Positions 63,818-64,000 of a DNA stretch of 64,000 nt are shown here, piece by piece. The position numbers and the translations under genes were made by a program. Location: IMG/VR virus record IMGVR_UViG_3300011013_000001, positions 1 through 64,000 of that record. The stretch is one strand, 5' to 3'. This DNA comes from a virus. The stretch's first letter is position 1; the number at the start of each line of letters is the position of its first letter. Under the pieces are notes generated by a model that saw nothing but the letters and a program-made list of their open reading frames with translations, had not been told where the DNA came from and did not search any database.

Positions 63818-64000
63818 TAGGCATCACCCTCCTCGGCATCGGGCGGCCAATTTAACTGACGAGGGTCAACTTCATCAAAAGTAGTTGAAGGTATGATTCG
63901 GACAAAAGGAGGTTTGGTCACTTGGCCGCTCGGCATCCCAACCTTCACCATGCCCGGTGGGGCGGGGAAAGCGGGCGGAGCGAATGCTGTATGAGCCTGA
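63817..64000 (-). CDS. 3' end of a Pro-rich protein (5' part outside window)
   Basis: Own translation: ...QAHTAFAPPAFPAPPGMVKVGMPSGQVTKPPFVRIIPSTTFDEVDPRQLNWPPDAEEGDA followed by a stop. TAATG overlap with the next gene. Confidence 0.45.
   Translation of the reverse strand, partial: QAHTAFAPPAFPAPPGMVKVGMPSGQVTKPPFVRIIPSTTFDEVDPRQLNWPPDAEEGDA

Noticed and set aside
1-64000. Search for tRNA, rRNA, CRISPR arrays, integrase/att sites and IS elements
   Set aside because: All non-coding gaps are 260 bp or shorter. None shows cloverleaf-like structure or repeat-spacer architecture, and no recombinase-like ORF was recognised.

Overview
The window is almost entirely one minus-strand, tightly packed gene array. 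Many stop/start overlaps (ATGA, TAATG, TTGA) and GAGGTGA-type Shine-Dalgarno sequences point to translational coupling. It reads as part of a tailed dsDNA virus or prophage of the HK97 lineage (Caudoviricetes-like). In transcription order (high to low coordinates) I recognise:
- a block of unknown genes (64.0-51.8 kb) that includes an Arf/G-alpha-like small GTPase flanked by small membrane proteins;
- large terminase (50424-51818), a LAGLIDADG-domain protein, and a portal;
- a 1960-aa head-module giant, a prohead protease/scaffold, and the major capsid protein;
- connector-region genes, a large major tail protein, and a G/GT-type chaperone pair with a -1 slippery heptamer;
- tape measure, a Dit-like protein, a single 5545-aa (16.6 kb) ORF with a LamG domain at each end, a hub-like protein, and distal fibre-like genes.

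I saw no rRNA, tRNA, CRISPR array, integrase or replication genes. Only two short Cys-rich ORFs look real on the plus strand.

The most unusual signal is a ~12-aa peptide, (G)EP[MI]DxAWxxLK. It recurs 13 times at the termini of 10 otherwise unrelated, mostly Zn-finger or disordered proteins. I interpret it as a possible virus-wide docking or cargo tag.

Other points of interest:
- the GTPase/membrane module;
- a ligase-like nucleotidyltransferase domain inside the head giant;
- a retroviral-type CCHC zinc knuckle in the tail module;
- DnaJ-type CxxCxGxG fingers;
- GGMP repeats on the portal;
- an exact in-frame 324-bp tandem duplication.

The host is unknown. Several features lean archaeal, possibly Asgard-like, but this is inference. 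All functional calls rest on motifs read by eye and on synteny; no database search was possible.
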